Notes under the pieces: model-generated
Seen by the model: only the letters and a program-made list of their open reading frames with translations
What the model was told of the DNA's origin: nothing
Database searches by the model: none
Source: a virus
Taxonomy: Duplodnaviria; Caudoviricetes
Length of the DNA: 64,000 nucleotides
Strand: one strand, 5' to 3'
Virus record (IMG/VR): IMGVR_UViG_3300005544_000020
Span: 160,001 to 224,000 of that record
Made by a program: the position numbers and the translations under genes
Part shown: piece by piece, positions 62,454 through 64,000 of the stretch
How the letters are laid out: each line of letters starts with the position of its first letter
Position numbering within the stretch: position 1 is the first letter of the stretch

Positions 62454-64000
62454 TGCCAAAATCCTCTGTTTCTGCGGTTCCTGGGCCCATTTCGAACAGC
62501 ATGTCGCTTCCGGTGTGATCCTCCGGCTTGCTCGGCTCTACAGAGACGATGGAAGCAGGGGTAGGTCCGGAAACGGGCCCTTCAGGAAGGGCCTTAGGAG
62601 GCCCGCCAGCGGGTTCTACGGGCGCTGGATGACCGTTACCACCTCCGTGACCGTTTCCGTTCGTTAAATCCTTGCTCCAGACGTGATCCGTCCGTTTCCC
62701 TAGGCGTTTGGTGCCGCTAACCCACCCGGAACTCTTCAGGTAATGGATGACGTCCTGCTTTTTGGCATCACTCCACCGGTCCTTGAGGATCCTCATGACG
62801 ATCGGCGTCTTGAAGACCACTTGGCCATCCTTGGTCCGGACCGCGCTGTGGTTGATCGAGATATCCGCGCTCTTGGAGTCGACGGCCGTCTCCTCGAGGA
62901 GGTTGATGATGATATCCATCTGGCCTTCGAAGGTACCCTCGGACGATTCAACCTCGACATCCTCGCGCTCGGCGGCCTGGTACATCTTGGCCCAGGTCGA
63001 GTCCTTCTGGAAGGGCAAATGACGGTCAAATTTAGCGAAAAAGGCCTTCGAGAAGTACTCGAACTTCCAGACCTGATCGAGCGAACACTTCAGGGTGTAT
63101 TCGATGCCTTCCAGGATGATCGTCACCTCGTAGGTCGGCGGCTCCTGGTGGTACCGGCGAGATTTCTTGACCCGGAAATGCTCGTCCTCGAAGTTACGAT
63201 CGACCTTAGCCGCGGCCGCGCGGGCGATCGAGGCAGGCTGCCACTTCGGCTGGGACCGGATGGCCGTCTGGCATTCCCGGATGACGCTTCCCAGATATTC
63301 TTCGGTCTTGTCCTCTTTTTCGTGGGCCTTTTTGGAGATCTTGTTGTTCCGATCCTTGAAGATCGCCGAGACGGCGTGCTCCGTGATGCCGGCCTGCAGG
63401 AGCAGGGTCGTGACCCAGCAGTCGGCTTCCGTTCGGGTCAATTTTCCTTCGGCTTTGAGCTGGCGGAATTTGCCCGGAGTCTCGATGCTCTTGACCATCT
63501 CGACATAGGCGTCATGGCCTTCCAGGATGATCTTCTTCCCGTAATCTGAAATTTGTAATTTGGAGATATCTGGGGCAGCCTCCTCCGGGCCAGCCGGAGA
63601 GGCAAGTTCCCTCTTCTCCGCGGGCACCCGGGCGAGGATCTTGGCGAAGGCCTCGAGGAAGAACGCGGCGTCTTGCTGCGCAGGGTACGCCAAGGCCTTA
63701 GACATCTCATCGAAATGGCGTCGTCCAGTTATCGGCTTGCCCTGCAAGTAGTTACGATAGGTACTTTCGACGTCCTTGAGACGATTTGCCGTCTCTCCGC
63801 CGACGGAATTCGAGGCGGCTTCGATGATCGCCTTGGCTTTGGCTTCGAGAACGCCGGCCCAGGCGAACATGCCCGAAATGTGAAGGGCAGATTCGTGCTT
63901 AAATCCGTGCCGCCAGATATTCGTAAGAGCCATCGCGAGCTCGGCGACGGAATCTTCCGAAAGATCAATCCAGGGAGCCCTTCTCCCCGGAGCGGGGCCG
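62449..64000 (-). CDS. large replication protein, C-terminal part (primase PriCT-like helical domain); 5' end outside window
   Basis: Frame open to window edge; HESALHISGMFAWAG...NRLKDVESTY resembles primase C-terminal domain. Confidence 0.5.
   Translation of the reverse strand, partial: GPAPGRRAPWIDLSEDSVAELAMALTNIWRHGFKHESALHISGMFAWAGVLEAKAKAIIEAASNSVGGETANRLKDVESTYRNYLQGKPITGRRHFDEMSKALAYPAQQDAAFFLEAFAKILARVPAEKRELASPAGPEEAAPDISKLQISDYGKKIILEGHDAYVEMVKSIETPGKFRQLKAEGKLTRTEADCWVTTLLLQAGITEHAVSAIFKDRNNKISKKAHEKEDKTEEYLGSVIRECQTAIRSQPKWQPASIARAAAAKVDRNFEDEHFRVKKSRRYHQEPPTYEVTIILEGIEYTLKCSLDQVWKFEYFSKAFFAKFDRHLPFQKDSTWAKMYQAAEREDVEVESSEGTFEGQMDIIINLLEETAVDSKSADISINHSAVRTKDGQVVFKTPIVMRILKDRWSDAKKQDVIHYLKSSGWVSGTKRLGKRTDHVWSKDLTNGNGHGGGNGHPAPVEPAGGPPKALPEGPVSGPTPASIVSVEPSKPEDHTGSDMLFEMGPGTAETEDFGS

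Noticed and set aside
1-64000. Genome-wide TAG or TGA reassignment
   Set aside because: Many genes end at TAG or TGA with the next start overlapping or out of frame, and long conserved genes contain no internal stops; only two interrupted genes were found.

Overview
A 64 kb stretch of a large, GC-rich bacterial virus or virus-like replicon. About 125 tightly packed genes all lie on the minus strand, with Shine-Dalgarno motifs, ATGA/TGATG overlaps and sigma70-type promoters; no capsid, terminase or integrase was recognised. Left part: NAD and DNA-modification genes (cpYpsA SLOG, nicotinate phosphoribosyltransferase, N4/N6 methylase, Mom-like, PAPS-reductase family) and membrane-anchored proteins including an aspartic protease. 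Middle: many small accessory ORFs, plus HerA-like, AAA, DHH, HAD, RNA ligase, LMW phosphatase and macrodomain genes. Right part: replication and recombination module (ThyX, RusA-like, SSB, two SF1 helicases, primase-like C-terminus, candidate origin). The most striking locus is at 9.6-13.6 kb. A leaderless Pth2-like (peptidyl-tRNA hydrolase fold) gene has an in-frame UAG at codon 5. It is followed directly by four CCA-ending tRNA-like RNAs whose anticodon loops are replaced by GNRA tetraloops, and an amber-suppressor tRNA (anticodon CUA) lies about 3 kb upstream. Also noted: a gene with an in-frame UGA and SECIS-like hairpin (31.6-31.9 kb), a plus-strand small RNA with its own promoter and terminator (27.9 kb), a 160-nt element closed by a perfect 23-bp inverted repeat (25.5 kb), and a shared palindromic operator in three promoters. 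Family assignments come from motif recognition only; no database search was run.
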